Below, piece by piece: positions 24,230 through 37,454 of a DNA stretch of 64,000 bases (position 1 is the stretch's first letter; each line of letters starts with the position of its first letter). A program made the translations under genes and the position numbers. The notes under the pieces were generated by a model, which was not told the DNA's origin, did not search any database, and was given only the letters and a program-made list of their open reading frames with translations. This DNA is from Octopus bimaculoides (taxonomy: Eukaryota), in the NCBI RefSeq assembly GCF_001194135.2, contig NC_068982.1, forward strand, positions 182,807-246,806, given 5' to 3'.

Positions 24230-24940
24230 GAAGCCCAAACCTTTTCCCAGGTGCTGAATACCCACCCCCACCCCACATCCCCAGTTTTCAAAGTTGGTAC
24301 ACTGAAAGGTAGGTCTGGTGAGATTGATGAGATGCTTGAACAGGTGATGCATATGGATGACAAGGACAGCTGTGTAAAGAAGTGCCAATCTCCAAGTGTG
24401 GAAGGAACCTGTGCAAGAGGTAGGCCCAGGAAGACATAGGACGAGGTGATGAGGTGACCGAGACCTTTGGCAAATATGCCATGGCTGAGAAGACCTGTCA
24501 AGCCAAGTGAAACCGCAGTCACAGCATGTAAAAAGCACCCATTAAATGTAGGGTCGTAGGCTGTGCACGAGAAGACCCATCAAGCCAAATGAAATCATAG
24601 TTGCAGCCAAATCCAGAGTCACATAAACGGCACCTGTGCCAGTGGCACATAAAAAGCTCCCTTTGAAATTTGGCCATATACCGTGCTTGAGAAGATCTGT
24701 CGAACCAAGTGAGGTCATAGTTGTGGCTAATGCCAGTGTCTCATAACTGGCACCCATGCTGGTGGCACATAAAGAGCAACCACCACACCCTACTGAGTGG
24801 TTGGTGTTAGGAAGGGCATCCAGCTGTAGAAAACCATGCCAAACCAGATTGGAATCTGGTGCAGCTCCCCAGTTTTCAGTCAAACCATCCAACCCACACC
24901 AGCATGGAAAATGGACATTAAGTGATGATGATGATGATGA
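24230..24940 (+). mobile_element. Internally deleted (bipartite) RTE element with modular 3' UTR and (GAT)n tail
   Basis: KVGTLKGRSGEIDEMLEQ (endonuclease N-terminus) joined directly to VMHMDDKDSCVKKC..RGRPRKT (ORF2 C-terminus). Confidence 0.75.
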
Positions 24941-27245
24941 ATAGACTCAACATGACTACTCATTTGATAACTTTACACCAGGCACCTGCATCACAACCAT
25001 GTGTGTGCAACATGATGACCTCATATCAAGATAAACAATGCAGGTGGGGCCCAGTTAGAAAGTAGCCCAAAATGTCTCTGAATAAGGGTTAAGGATGATG
25101 AATGAAACACTCATGTTTCTAAAAGTGAATAATGCAAACCCCAAAGAATTCCTCTCAACACATGGCTATGATGTTCCCCAACTACTTCTGCTCGTGACAG
25201 AGATGCACATATAGTCAACCACCAAGGGACATGCTCAACTGGTTAAGGTCAAGCAACTGACAAGCAAATCTGTGGTATTGAGCAGAATACTTGTTGTAGC
25301 CCATCTTTTATACCAAGACAAAACAAACAAGCTAGCACTTGCAATCAGTTGAGATGAGAAGCCAAGAGAGCCACTGCCTGGCGCTGGGCATTTATTATTA
25401 CTAAACTAATTATTAAAGAGTATTTGTTGCAAATCCTGTGAACTTCGGTTTCAAATTTTGGCATAAGGCCAGAAAAGTTTAGGAGAGGGGATAAGTCATT
25501 TACATTGACCCCAGTATTAGACTGGTACATATTTTATCAACCCTGATGTGAATTTAATATTATATAATAAACAACTACAGCTGCAGACAAACTTAGAGCT
25601 AAATCGATTAGCTTATCATTATTATTATTATTATTATATTATGTTGTTATTTAATATAAATTCTGTAATCTTTAATATTGTAGAACAGAGCTCAGTGAGC
25701 AGCTACCCTTCAAGTCAAAAAGATGCTTGCGGCCATTTTTCATTAAAAGCAAATGGAACTCAATATTGGTCATTACTACATATGGACATGATCATAGATT
25801 CACTGCTATTGTTTAATCCAAGGCCAGTCCTCAGACCAATGGCTCTCAGGAAGAACGTCTGCCTGTCACCCACCTCTCCACATCATGCTATAAGCAAATG
25901 AAAATGTGGAGTTTCCAAGCCACACAGGCAGGCACCTCTACCAAGAGAAGAGCCTTTAGCCCAGCCACAGAAAACTTCTCTAGTTGCTGGTGGTATAAAA
26001 AGCATCCACCCTATAAAGTAGTTGGTGACAGGCAGGGTATTTGGCCATGAAAGGAACTATATGAGTGAAAGAACAAAGATAATATAGAGTCCTTAAGTCA
26101 CATCAGAGGTTAACCATCGAGGAAGACATCAAATAAGAAGTTAGACATGAATGTTCTGCTAGAACAGACTATACTCTGCAGTAGATACGAGAGAAAGCCT
26201 CAGACTGGCTTTTGCTGCAAAATGCATGCTTGTTTATATTGCTAGCAGGGACAGGTAAACTCCTACCATCTCCAGCACCAAGACCACCTAATCACATGAC
26301 TTTGACCTTCGTTGGTCTTGTCAACGACGGATGCTCAACCGCTAGAGACAGCAGTGACTCATCTCCCCCACCAGCAATATTTTGAAAAACAGTACCAAAA
26401 CAGGAACTAGTGTCACAATTAGCCAGTGAGCTTGTTAAAAAAAAAAATTACACTGTTTTTCTATATATCACTGGCAAAGAGAGGAATCACTGCTATCTCT
26501 AGCAGTCGAGTGTCCATCATTGACAATACCAAGGAAGGTCAAAATAATGCAATCTGGTAAGTTTCCATGCTAGAGATGGTGGGGATTTATCTCCTCACTA
26601 GCAATATAAACATGAGTGCATTTGGCACCAAAAGGAGAGTTTCTCTCATAAGTAGCACAGTAAAGTTTGTTCTAACAGAACATCCATGTTGAGGGGGGGG
26701 GGGGGTAAATATTACCTCTCAGTATTAATACTGCCTCTGTTGCTTGTGTATATTTGGCCAAAGATAATCTGTCCAGAACCAGTCCACATTGTAACAATGG
26801 CAAGGATACTCAACAACAAAGTTGATTATTTATTTGGTTTACTGTGAAGGCACATGGTCTAGTGGTTAGGGTATTGCACACACAAATGTTAGAGTATGGG
26901 TTCTATTCCCAGACGAGGTGGCATGTTGTGTTCGATATAGGAACCCATTTCCTCTATCTTAATAAAAGAGGTTGAAGTAGGATTTGCACTCCAACCTCGG
27001 AAATCTGTGATCAGCAACAACAGGTTGGAGGGTTGTCACCTGAGTGGTGCAGAGGTGTCGTCTACCAAGAGTTGAAGGGAACCACTAACAAATATGGTGG
27101 ATGCAGCAATGCAGTTACAGTGCATATCCCCCTCTCCCCATACTATTACAATATGGGGACAAGATATAACCATGCAAGACAATAGGCAAACAGATATATA
27201 CAAACAAAGAAAGGAAGAGAACTAAAAAACAAAAGTCTCACTGAC

Positions 27246-28678
27246 CCACTTCATCAAGGATTTGACAGTAGAAGCAGTCTGTGTCTACAACCCATTTACA
27301 GAGCAGTTCATATTGTGTGTTCACCTTCAGCTGTAGACATCCCATGCTTTTGGCAAAATACTTTACTCTGTTTGCTTGCAACGTATCTTCTTGACAAACT
27401 TCCCGCTGTGAAGCTTTGGTGCTTAGAGATAGCATAATGGATTCCTTTGTTTGTCTATCATCAGGCAATTTTTTCTCAGAAGAAAACTGGTTCTCAAAAA
27501 TATGTTCAGTAGAGTCCCTATGATGTCGATGACAAGATGGAGGATAGGTCATTTGTACAGGAGATGATGCATCCACTGGTTGCCCTTCAATGCTTTGAGG
27601 AGACTGAGAACGAGATCTGAACGGAGATATTGAAAGAGAGCTAGCAGATTTTACAGAGTTTGACTTTGATGTAGCAGTGCTATTTAAAGACTGACTTCTG
27701 GGAAAATAGTCATTAGGAGCATTCTTCTCCAAGCTTTCTTCAAAGCAATCATTAACACAGCTGCCATCACTGGTATAAACGACGACTTCATAGACATTTT
27801 TGGAGCAGCCTTCTATCTTATATTTGCACACATTGTTGCAGATGAGCTGACTAAATTTCTCATTGTCTTTAATACCACACACACCAGGAAGATAGCAGTG
27901 TAAGGCTTGTTTAGGATAAGGAGTGAAATGCACAGGAAATGGCTGCAGTTGTAATTTATCAACATACTCAGAGTTGCCATAATCAACAAAAAAAACTTTA
28001 TATCTGCCATCAGCAGTGTTGCTGATTATCTGACCACGATACCACTGGTTGTCCTGTGAAAACTTGGCCGCAACCATTTCATTGAGACAAGGAGTATAAC
28101 CGTTATGGTCATCTTTCTTTTCCAAGTAAGTATTGAATTCTGCAAGGAAACTGATCTGTTTCTCGCTGACAACAATTATATAAAATGAATCATTAAGAAT
28201 TTCGACAGCCAAACCATCCAAGACCTCACCAATACTGACTTCACAACCTTTCAATTCTGAGGCCATGACTTTCAATGGGGAAGTCAACAAATCCATGACA
28301 GAAGTCTCTCCATTACAATCATACAAATTCCACTGACATTTCTTTCCACATCCCATGTATAGACCTAAAATACATTCTTTGGAAAAATCTTCACTTTTAG
28401 TTAAGGATTTTAAAATTTGATTGAATTTATGATGCATCTTAAAAGAGTCATCATTTCTTCCAAAAAAATTTACACTTTCAAGTTTTGATGGAATACAAAG
28501 ACAAGGATAATCCAAACAGAAAGGCATAGCAGAGCGATAATGTTCCAAGTGTATCATCTTTTCTGTGCCAAAATCTATCAGAGAAACCAGTAAAGAATCA
28601 TTATTGATGTCCAACACTTCAGCTCGGGTCCATTCCTCTGTTTCTAATTTTATCAAAACTAGCTGACCTTTGAAGGGG
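27246..28678 (-). CDS. TDRD1: TDRD1/Vreteno-like large exon (1433 nt): Tudor 2 core, Tudor 3, Ser-rich linker, start of eTudor 4
   Basis: Lies within the 506-aa ORF; tctttcttgcag acceptor, gtcagt donor, phase 2-1; contains EEWTRAEV..LIDFGT and KFSQDNQWYRG..FVDYGN. Confidence 0.96.
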
Positions 28679-29225
28679 CTGCAAGAAAGAATAAAAAAAA
28701 GAAATACTATTGTAATCCATTTCAAAAATATCACAAACTGTATAAGACTTGTGTACAAAAATCAGATGCACCAAATGTAGAAGCTAAACTGTGTCATCAT
28801 TTAATGTCATCATTTAATGTCAATTTTCTATTTTGCAAAGTTTGGCAGAACCTGGCAAGGCTAGGAGTCACACCAGGCCCCATTCTGTTTTGGCTTCTAC
28901 AGCCAGATGCCCCTACCTAATGCTTTACAGAATGGACTAGGGGTTTTGTACCAATTCAAAGATTAAAAGTATAGAGGGACATAGATAGGTGTCTTGCTGT
29001 TGATACCCCAGATAGAAAATGGTATATATTGAACTGTGTGATGACATTCCTACAAGGTAGTGGGGGGAAGGGAGGGACAGAGGTTTGGGGTGGGTGAGTT
29101 AGGTGGGATAGAAGGGAAAGTTTCATAAGAGCGTGAAGAGAGATGGTGTAAAGGTGACTGTAGAAAGTGATGGTGTGAAATATAGGAGTGACTTGGAGGG
29201 TGAATATGGAGTGTGTGTATAAATA

Positions 29226-30353
29226 TTGGGTTGGCAATTAAGTTCCGGCCATTTAAAAAAAATTTTGGAATCTATTTTATTTTGTTTTTTTCTCTAGTTA
29301 ATTTAAGTTTTTTTTTTTTTTTTTTTCCAGCTCATTAAAATGGAATGCCAAGTTAAGAAAAACAAGCATTTTCCACACCTCCTCCTTTTTACTTTTAATC
29401 AAGGTTCTAAGGTCACAAAAGCTGCTCGCGACATTTGTGCTGTGTATGGAGAGGGAGCCATAGCTGAAAGAACTGCTTGTGATTGGTATGCCAAATTCAA
29501 AAATGGAAATTTTGACCTCAAAGACGCATCTCGTTCTGACCGTCCAATTGAGTTCGATGAAGAGCGATTAAACCAACTTTTGCACGAAAATTCTCATCAA
29601 ATGACAAGGGAACTAGAGAAGCATCTTCCCTCGATGGGAAAGGTTCAGAAGTATGGAGCATGGGTTCCGCATGCTTTAAGTGACCACAACAAAAATCAAC
29701 AAGCCACAATCTCCACTGGTTTGCTTGCTCGCCACCACTCAACTCATGGACACAGGCATTGATTTCTTTACCGAATAGTTACCGGCGACGAAAAATTGTG
29801 CCTTTACATCAATATGAAGCAGCGTAAGGAATGACTTGGCCCCGGTAAATAAGCGACACCATGCGTGAAACAAGATCTTCATTCACGAATTGCTTGAATG
29901 GAACCAAACGGTCAACGCGGAACTTTATGTTCAACAGATGGAACGACTCAACATGGCTATTCAAGAGAAAAGACCAAATCGACAGCATGGAGCTCTTCTG
30001 CTGCCCACCCTCATATTGCCAATATGACCAAGGAAGCCATTCAAACGCTGCCACACCCACTGTAATCTCCTGATTTGGCACCAATGGTTATCCACCTCTT
30101 TCGATCTCTTTCAAATGCTATGTGCAGAGTTTCGTTGAATACTGATGCAGAATTGAGAGCTTGGTTGGATCAATTTTTCGAGTTGAAATCAGGTGATTTC
30201 TACCAACGAGGTATTGAAAATCTTGTTGAACCTTGGGAAGAAGTTGTAAACGACAAGAGTGAATACATTATTGATTAATTAGTTATTTTTTATTAAACCT
30301 TTTAAAAAATTTTAATTTAAAAAACAACAGCAGGAACTTAGTTGCCAACCCAA
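29226..30353 (+). mobile_element. Mariner element, both TIRs and TA TSD present, transposase pseudogenised
   Basis: TA-TTGGGTTGGCAATTAAGTTCC ... GGAACTTAGTTGCCAACCCAA-TA (1 mismatch in 21 bp); transposase 29340-30278 with WVPHAL, TGDEK and SPDLAP motifs, stops and deletions. Confidence 0.95.
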
Positions 30354-30734
30354 TATATATATGTGTGAGGGCATTGAGAGTGCTAGCAGAAGGGATGGGG
30401 AGAGGGAGAGGGAGAGCAAAAGGAAGAGAAAGGACTGGTAGAAATAATAGGGGCAGGGAAGATAACAAGAAACGGAAATAGTTGGGGGAGGGGGTATCCA
30501 AAGAGAGGAGATATAATATGTGCTTACTCTGCTCTCAGGTGATTATAGCAGCCAAGTAATGCCACAGAGAAGTGATGAATGTTAGGTGGTGAGGTGTGGG
30601 GGAAATTCTTGACATAAAGAAAATGGAGATGGAGAATGAGCTCCACATATTCAATCATTACTAAAGTGATTTTAGGATATCAATTATGGATGGGTCTTCA
30701 TGACCACATGAAGCTGCCCCAGTTATCTCAAAGA

Positions 30735-31330
30735 ACCATCATCTTGAGACTGACCTTGTCCCAAGTCTTCTTCCACAAATTCCATCCACCTTAAGTGATG
30801 GACACTTTTTTATGCAACTGTCCTTGTCCATATGCATCACATGACCAAACTGACACAGTGTTCTCTCTTGCACACTACATCCAATCCCTCTTATGCCCAA
30901 CGTTTCCCTCGACACATAACCACTGTCATACATGCAAACTGACATTGCACATTCAACACAGCACATTAGCCCCATCTCTATTTTCTAATCTTCACATGTC
31001 CTCTGCATTTAAGGCCCAGGTCTCATTACCATGTAGCAATACTGTTCATACACATGCATCCTGTACATATTCTAGCAATTATACGCTTGGAGCATCTTCC
31101 TCCACTGCTAATTAGATTGCCTAGTTAACAGAAATTATCCACTAACTCTAGAGAGCTTCACAGGTATTTGAGAAAATCATCTTCCCGTGTGACCTCAGAC
31201 TCTATGGCAACTTAGCATCTACATACAAACACTACTTTCTATGTGTTCGCCCTCCCATTATTCCACTGCATCTCTTGTGTGTCCTTAGCTTGTACCGAAT
31301 ACACCTGCCTAACATATCAAGCAGGGCCAC
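30735..31330 (-). mobile_element. RTE LINE ORF2 3' relic
   Basis: FGHVMHMDKDSCIKKC and upstream RTE C-terminal motifs on the - strand. Confidence 0.8.
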
Positions 31331-32036
31331 TTACCTGAAAAGGACAGTGATCCTGTCTGTTTTATTGCTTACTAGAACCTTGCTCTTTAAGACCTTTCCA
31401 TTCTAGCTTTTGATGCTGGTGATTTTATATCAAGTAGAACTAAGTACTGAGCAAGACCACATCCCTGAAGATAGCAGATTTCTCTCTTCTTTCTTTCTTA
31501 TTTAGTCTTTGCTAAGTTTACCTTGAGGAATCTTAAGTCTAAGTTTAGCTTCATGCCTGGAATTTCCTAATTCACTCCCTCTCCTTCTCCACAACTATGT
31601 AAATCTCACTCTCTCCAGTCATTACACCCGTTTCTCCCCCACCCCACCCATGCACTCTTCCAACCTACCCGATCACATGTCATTTCGCTCTACCGTAGCC
31701 TTTCTTACCCAAAGAGGGTCTTAGGATGCATGGCAACATTACTAGAGCTGGAGCCATAAAAACAAAGTACCCAGTGCACAGTTTATAAAGTGACTGGCAT
31801 TAGGAAGGGCACCTGTCCGTAGAAACCATGCCAAAGCAGACATCAGGGCACACTGCAGTTGTTGGACCTATCAGATCCTGCTAACCCGAACCCAACCCAT
31901 GCCCACAAGGAACAATGGATATTAAACGATAATGAGGACCCACCTTGTGCCCACACACAAATCCATTGTCACCTGACACATTTTTTCCAACTGTCATACC
32001 TGCCTAGGCTCACACTAATTTAAAAAACAAACTTAC

Positions 32037-32237
32037 ATTTCTGAAACAGGACGGCATGACTCAGCATAGCTGCTCAACATTTTGGTAAACTGACAAAAAG
32101 CTCTGGATGGCTCATCAGCAAACTGGACCAGAAAATCCTCAGGAGATTTCACATCAATAACTCGCAGCTTGTGCTTACTGCCATATTTAAGGTTACCAGA
32201 AACAAGAGGAACATCACAAGCCATAACAGGAGACGAC
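32037..32237 (-). CDS. TDRD1: TDRD1/Vreteno-like exon: eTudor 2 N-terminal part
   Basis: ttcaaacttcag/gtaagt, phase 2-2; ...HKLRVIDVKSPEDFLVQFADEP...ESCRPVSE. Confidence 0.92.
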
Positions 32238-33558
32238 CTGAAGTTTGAAAAAAGAAAAGATTATCATCCAGATTTATAATGCAACAAAACAAAATACCTT
32301 TCTTTCAAAAGACATTTCCTTCCAATGTTAGTGAAGAGTTCAATTATTTTTTTCTTTCCGATTGCTGAATTCATACATTTAGAATTTTGTAGGAAAGGTT
32401 TTCCCTACTGTTGGGTGCTCATCTGACCACTGACCACTCAAACAGGAACTGAATCTATGAGTGATGCTAACCAAAATCATTAGAAAAAATATTATTTAGC
32501 TCTTTCACATTCAAACCAGCCAGATCTGACCAAACTATTTAACCTGTTTTATGTTGAAACTGGCCAGATCCAGCCTCTCACCTCAATCCTACAATGTCGT
32601 TCTAAGATTAAACAATCACATTAGTGAAATCTCTAAACTGCAAGATAATCCAGGATTAATTCAAAAACAAACAAACAATATTTAACAACAGAGTAACCTG
32701 AACAGTGAAGGGTTAGATATTAAAAAAGAAGACTTCAGAGATCTACAATCTGTCCCTATCTTTAAGCAACAGGTAACTTATTGTCATGCGCTTAACTTAT
32801 TCCAACATGTATTGGATTTAATCTTAAACCTTTTATTTTTAAACTTATGGTAGCAATCTTCTTCACTGAGAATTGTACAAGTGGATTAATTTGGGAATAA
32901 GATTCCCAGTTTGTGTCCAGTCCAGAAAAAGAAATCAGAAAGCAGTGGATATACATTAATTATACACTTACAGAAAAAAACGGTAATTTTAATAACTTCT
33001 CTGAGATACTTAGTCTTTAAGGTCCAGCAACGAACAGTTGCTGGACCTTAAAGTTGTCAAAAAAAAATAAATAAATAAATATAAAATAAAAAGATTGTTT
33101 CCAGGAAGCAAAAGTGCTTTTCATTAAGGAACAGCAATGCCAATTGCCTTATTCTGCAAGAGGAGCTCTCAAACAGAAAGTTTGAATTACAACCATTGGT
33201 TGTCCTCAAATAGAACACAATGAGGAATACAAGAGGTATAACAATGGGATTAAGTGATAGGATTAAGTCAACAATCCAAGAATATAATGTTAGCTCTCAA
33301 CCAAATACAATCAGATCATCAAAATCCCAAAGTTAGAATTCAAAACAGTGTGACTAAATAAGCATTAGATTTGAGAGAGTAATCTGAATGTGTTAATCTG
33401 GGAGGAGTCAGGGACAGGTTTGTTGGGGTGGAGATTTATGGCCAGGTTCCACTCGACATGGGTGGGTGAAGAGAGAGAGAGAGAGGGAGAGAGAGAGGGG
33501 GAGAGAGCAGTGTAAACTGGTCAAGATGACTTTGAAAGAGTCAAAGAGGAGAACTTAC

Positions 33559-33667
33559 TTCACAATCTGGGGAGTACTCACACTACTCGTTTTAGTAGTT
33601 CCGCTTGGTAATGCTGTGCTATTCAAATCCAAACTGCTGACAATGTCTTTGTTGATTTTATTTCCCT
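33559..33667 (-). CDS. TDRD1: TDRD1/Vreteno-like exon (linker)
   Basis: ctttactttcatcag/gtaagt, phase 1-2; EGNKINKDIVSSLDLNSTALPSGTTKTSSVSTPQIV. Confidence 0.88.
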
Positions 33668-33846
33668 CTGATGAAAGTAAAGAAAAAAAAAGAAAGAAAA
33701 AAAGGTAAATAGAAAAAAAAGAGTGGTGGACAAATTGGTGAAGTGATTCACAAGTTTTATCAACTGAAACAAATTCCAGAGATTTATAAGAGGGAGACAG
33801 AGACAGCAGGGGTTAAATTTCATTAAAGAACCACCATATAACTTAC

Positions 33847-34003
33847 CAGCATCATATATAAATACTTCTGGAGGAGTTGAATCCTTGACTACTTTCAGCT
33901 GATATTGAGAATCTTGGAGTATATGCTTTCCAATGAGAGCAGCAAGTTTTGTAGAATTCTTACAAGTTGCTTCACGAGGAAGATTCAGCACACAACACAC
34001 TGC
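33847..34003 (-). CDS. TDRD1: TDRD1/Vreteno-like exon: eTudor 1 C-terminal part
   Basis: atttttgcag/gtaagt, phase 0-1; AVCCVLNLPREATCKNSTKLAALIGKHILQDSQYQLKVVKDSTPPEVFIYDA. Confidence 0.9.
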
Positions 34004-34669
34004 CTGCAAAAATATATTTACATTGAGCAAGAATTTTGAGGTCCTGTTACTTACATTCAATGTTCCTACTCCCACAAGTCTTCTACACTCAAATGCCAAT
34101 ACAACATCAAATGTAAGCCCTTGTATAACCCTTTGGTTACCGTATTTAAGATGCTCTGTGTTTCTTTCAATTAATTTTAAATATAACAAAGAATTAAAAT
34201 AACTTAGTTATCATTCAGTTGGTGTTAGGAACATAAATTGTGACTAAGGTTTGGTGGAAGATTTTAATTCAAAACTTATGAAAACAAGACATTTGTACTC
34301 AGAGCCAGAGCCTGTTTCAGCCGGGTTGGTATCAAAATGGATAGTAGTCCATTATTATGTGTATGGAGAAAACAATTTTTTAGGGCCTAATAATGCAACA
34401 GTTCTCTTAAATTCATTCCCCCCCTATCAAACCCTGAGGGTTATAAGTTTAGTTCTACTTTCAGCATTTCGTTAGTCAAGTGACTTCTAACATTGCCAAG
34501 AAAGAGCCATGCAAAGCCACTCAGAAAACCATACACACAACTCACAGTTACTTCTCCTATCAGCTAATCTCCTCACTAACGTCTTAGCATCAGTTTTACA
34601 GCACTTTTTCACTTTTTATCACCAATTGCAATAAAATCCCCTTCCCATAAAAACAGAATAGAAATTTAC

Positions 34670-34897
34670 CTGTTGTGGCACTTGTTTTAGTTCAGGAGGA
34701 AGTACTCTCAACTTGTCAATTGTAGTTATTTCACAATTACCAAAATCTATGTATTTCACTTTTACTCTGTTAGGCTTCAAGATTTCCACAAGCATTGCTC
34801 GATACCAAACACCATCTTCACTAAACACACAGGCATACAACTGGCCAATTCTCAATGACCTCTTGTTCCATACTGGAGAATCATCATCTTTACATGA
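34670..34897 (-). CDS. TDRD1: TDRD1/Vreteno-like exon: Tudor domain 1 core
   Basis: catgtttcag/gtaaat; ...GQLYACVFSEDGVWYRAMLVEILKPNRVKVKYIDFGNCE...VPQQ is a canonical Tudor core. Confidence 0.95.
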
Positions 34898-35084
34898 CTG
34901 AAACATGATACAAAACAAAAACCAAATTAAATTATGTATATTGAATTGTTAAATTCATTTATGATAATAAAAAAAATTTGTCAAATCTTAGTCATTTAAA
35001 TAGTTTTTTCTCAATGTTCAGCCCGTAAGAAGACGGATATTAAATGAGGATGATGAAAAAGTAAAGATTTCATAATGTTCTTAC

Positions 35085-35183
35085 CTCATATAATTTACAG
35101 ACAATTTCCTTTTGTATATTTTGGTTCTTTTCTGTACTTAACTGAACAAATATGTTCAACTCATTGATATAAGTCACCAATAC
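35085..35183 (-). CDS. TDRD1: TDRD1/Vreteno-like exon: eTudor 1 N-terminal SN-like strands
   Basis: ttttcttttaaag/gtaaga, 99 nt; VLVTYINELNIFVQLSTEKNQNIQKEIVCKLYE resembles the extended-Tudor 'V.V..V..P..F..QL' prefix. Confidence 0.88.
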
Positions 35184-35479
35184 CTTTAAAAGAAAAGAAA
35201 AAAAAAAGGTTATAAAAGACACAAACATATACCACAAGCAACCACTTATTGTTGCAAAAAAAAAAAAAAATTACTCATGCCCACACAAACTTGAAGCCAT
35301 TTAAAAATACAATTAAATTTAGTTGATGAAACAATAGAATTTTAGATTTCATTTGTGAAATGAGATGGTTGTCTTTCAAATCTTTTTTTTTTTCACATTC
35401 TCTCTCATCTTAGATGATAATGAAATTTATGAAAGGTTAATTTGAAGAAAAAAGAAATAGATGAAAAGAAGCAACGAAC

Positions 35480-35833
35480 CTGACAAGTGCCACGAGATGG
35501 TAATTCAACAGTTTCTAATTCATTGCTTTCTCCATTAGAAACCGTGGAACCAATGTAGGATTCTTCAAAATCATCATTCCCAGCCACTGTGTGTTCATGT
35601 TTGCTATTACCATGAGCAGACTTAGTACGAGACAGGACACTCCCTAGCCATTTATCAGGAATTTCAAGATCAGAAAAGGCATTTTCTACATCTGATTCCC
35701 TTTTTGAAAATGACTTTCTTGAGGATTTGCCAGGTTTTTGCTTTACAGCATCAGATTTGGGGGGAAAATCACAAAGATTTTGATTTGACAATGAAGAATT
35801 ATGCCTTGTTTGATGGTTGTTCTGGCGGGATTG
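35480..35833 (-). CDS. TDRD1: TDRD1/Vreteno-like exon (linker before Tudor 1)
   Basis: cctgtttcag/gttcgt, 354 nt, phase 0-0, open frame QSRQNNHQ...ETVELPSRGTCQ. Confidence 0.85.
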
Positions 35834-37454
35834 CTGAAACAGGAGAACATTAACTCTTACTAAGTACACAATAATCCAGTTCTCGAAGGATACAATCTAA
35901 AATAATTGACAAAAGACTTAATGTTGTCCAATGACAATGCATGAGTCTAATTAAAAGGTGTTAGGAAGGGCATCCAGCTATAGAAACCATCCAAATCAGA
36001 CTGGAGCCTCACGCAGCTCTCCAGCTTGCTAGCTCTGGTCAAACTGTCCAACCTTTGCCAGCATGGACAGCAAACATTAAATGATGATGTAATACATGAA
36101 AATATTCATCAAAACATACAAAAAAAGAAAAAAATTATAGGTTGTTTTTTTTCATACAAACTGAAGAGTTTTAACTATTCCCAAATTATGAAATTCCACT
36201 TTCTCTACATCAATTGGACATGCTGGAGCAGTAGTTCAACTAGCCACTAGTACTAGCAACATAAAAAAACATCCTGAAACTAAAGCTGTATAAAATAGTT
36301 GCAATACCAATTAGTTCTCTGAACTGAAATTGTACCATCTTGTAAAGATCTCACCATCACAAACAAAGAATCCTCAAATTTACCAGAAGAACTTATGCAT
36401 AAGAGAATATCCACCATCCTAATTTTATGACATCATCATCATTTAATGCCCGTTTTCCATGCTGGCATGGGTTGGACGTTTTGACAGGAGCTGGCAAGTC
36501 AGTCAGCACATAGTGGTCAAATATTATTCGAAACCGTTCGGCCGATCTAGGAGCTGACCAGGTGCACTGAAGGTTTCCACCCTCTCAACAACAATCACTA
36601 AGGACATCTAAGGAACAAACTTATTTCAAAAGCACTTATTCTCTTCTCTATTTTAGTCTCTGAAGTACAACCATGCTGGGGCACAACATTCAAGGTCCTT
36701 TTTTGCTGAACTGCTAAGTTACTGGGATGTTAACAAACCAACACCAGTTGTCAAGCAGTAGGAGAGACAAACATAAACAAGGGGTCTCTTTCTCACACAA
36801 GTATATTGTTTTAACACCTACTTTTCCATCCTTGCATGCAATAAACCAGAGCATGTTGAGGCAGAGCTTCTGTGGCCCAATGCCCTCACTAAACCCTGAC
36901 TGCTCCAATAATCTATTAGTCTGATCAGAGAAACAACTCTGGTCCATTTTTACACAGAAAACTGGAAATAAAAACCATGTGAATGAGACTTTTGCTTACA
37001 ATGACTGCACAAATTATATCAACAAGCCCTGCTTTCACAGTGGACTGCAAACAAATGACATCATTGTGCTCATTGTATCCAATCAGCAAACATAGACAAA
37101 GGCAAGGCTAATACAAATTTGCACACACACACACACACACACACGATGGACTTGTTTCAGTTTCTGTTTAGTAAGCAAAAGTACACCAAGTGATACTTGT
37201 ACAATAGGAAGGGTGAATATCTAGAAAGAATCCAAAGACAGAGATGTCCATAAATTACTTCAGTAATAAAGGTGGTGTCAGGGGAGAATGGGAAGATGGA
37301 AGAGGCACACCTAATCCCTGCATTAAAAAGCATTTAAAACTTGTTACCACAAGAAACACCAAAGTAAAAAGACAAACATTAAGAGCAATACTATACTTCA
37401 TAAGACAAATTATGTGGCTTAGTCCTAGTTCTGAGCAAAATACATTTATGAACC

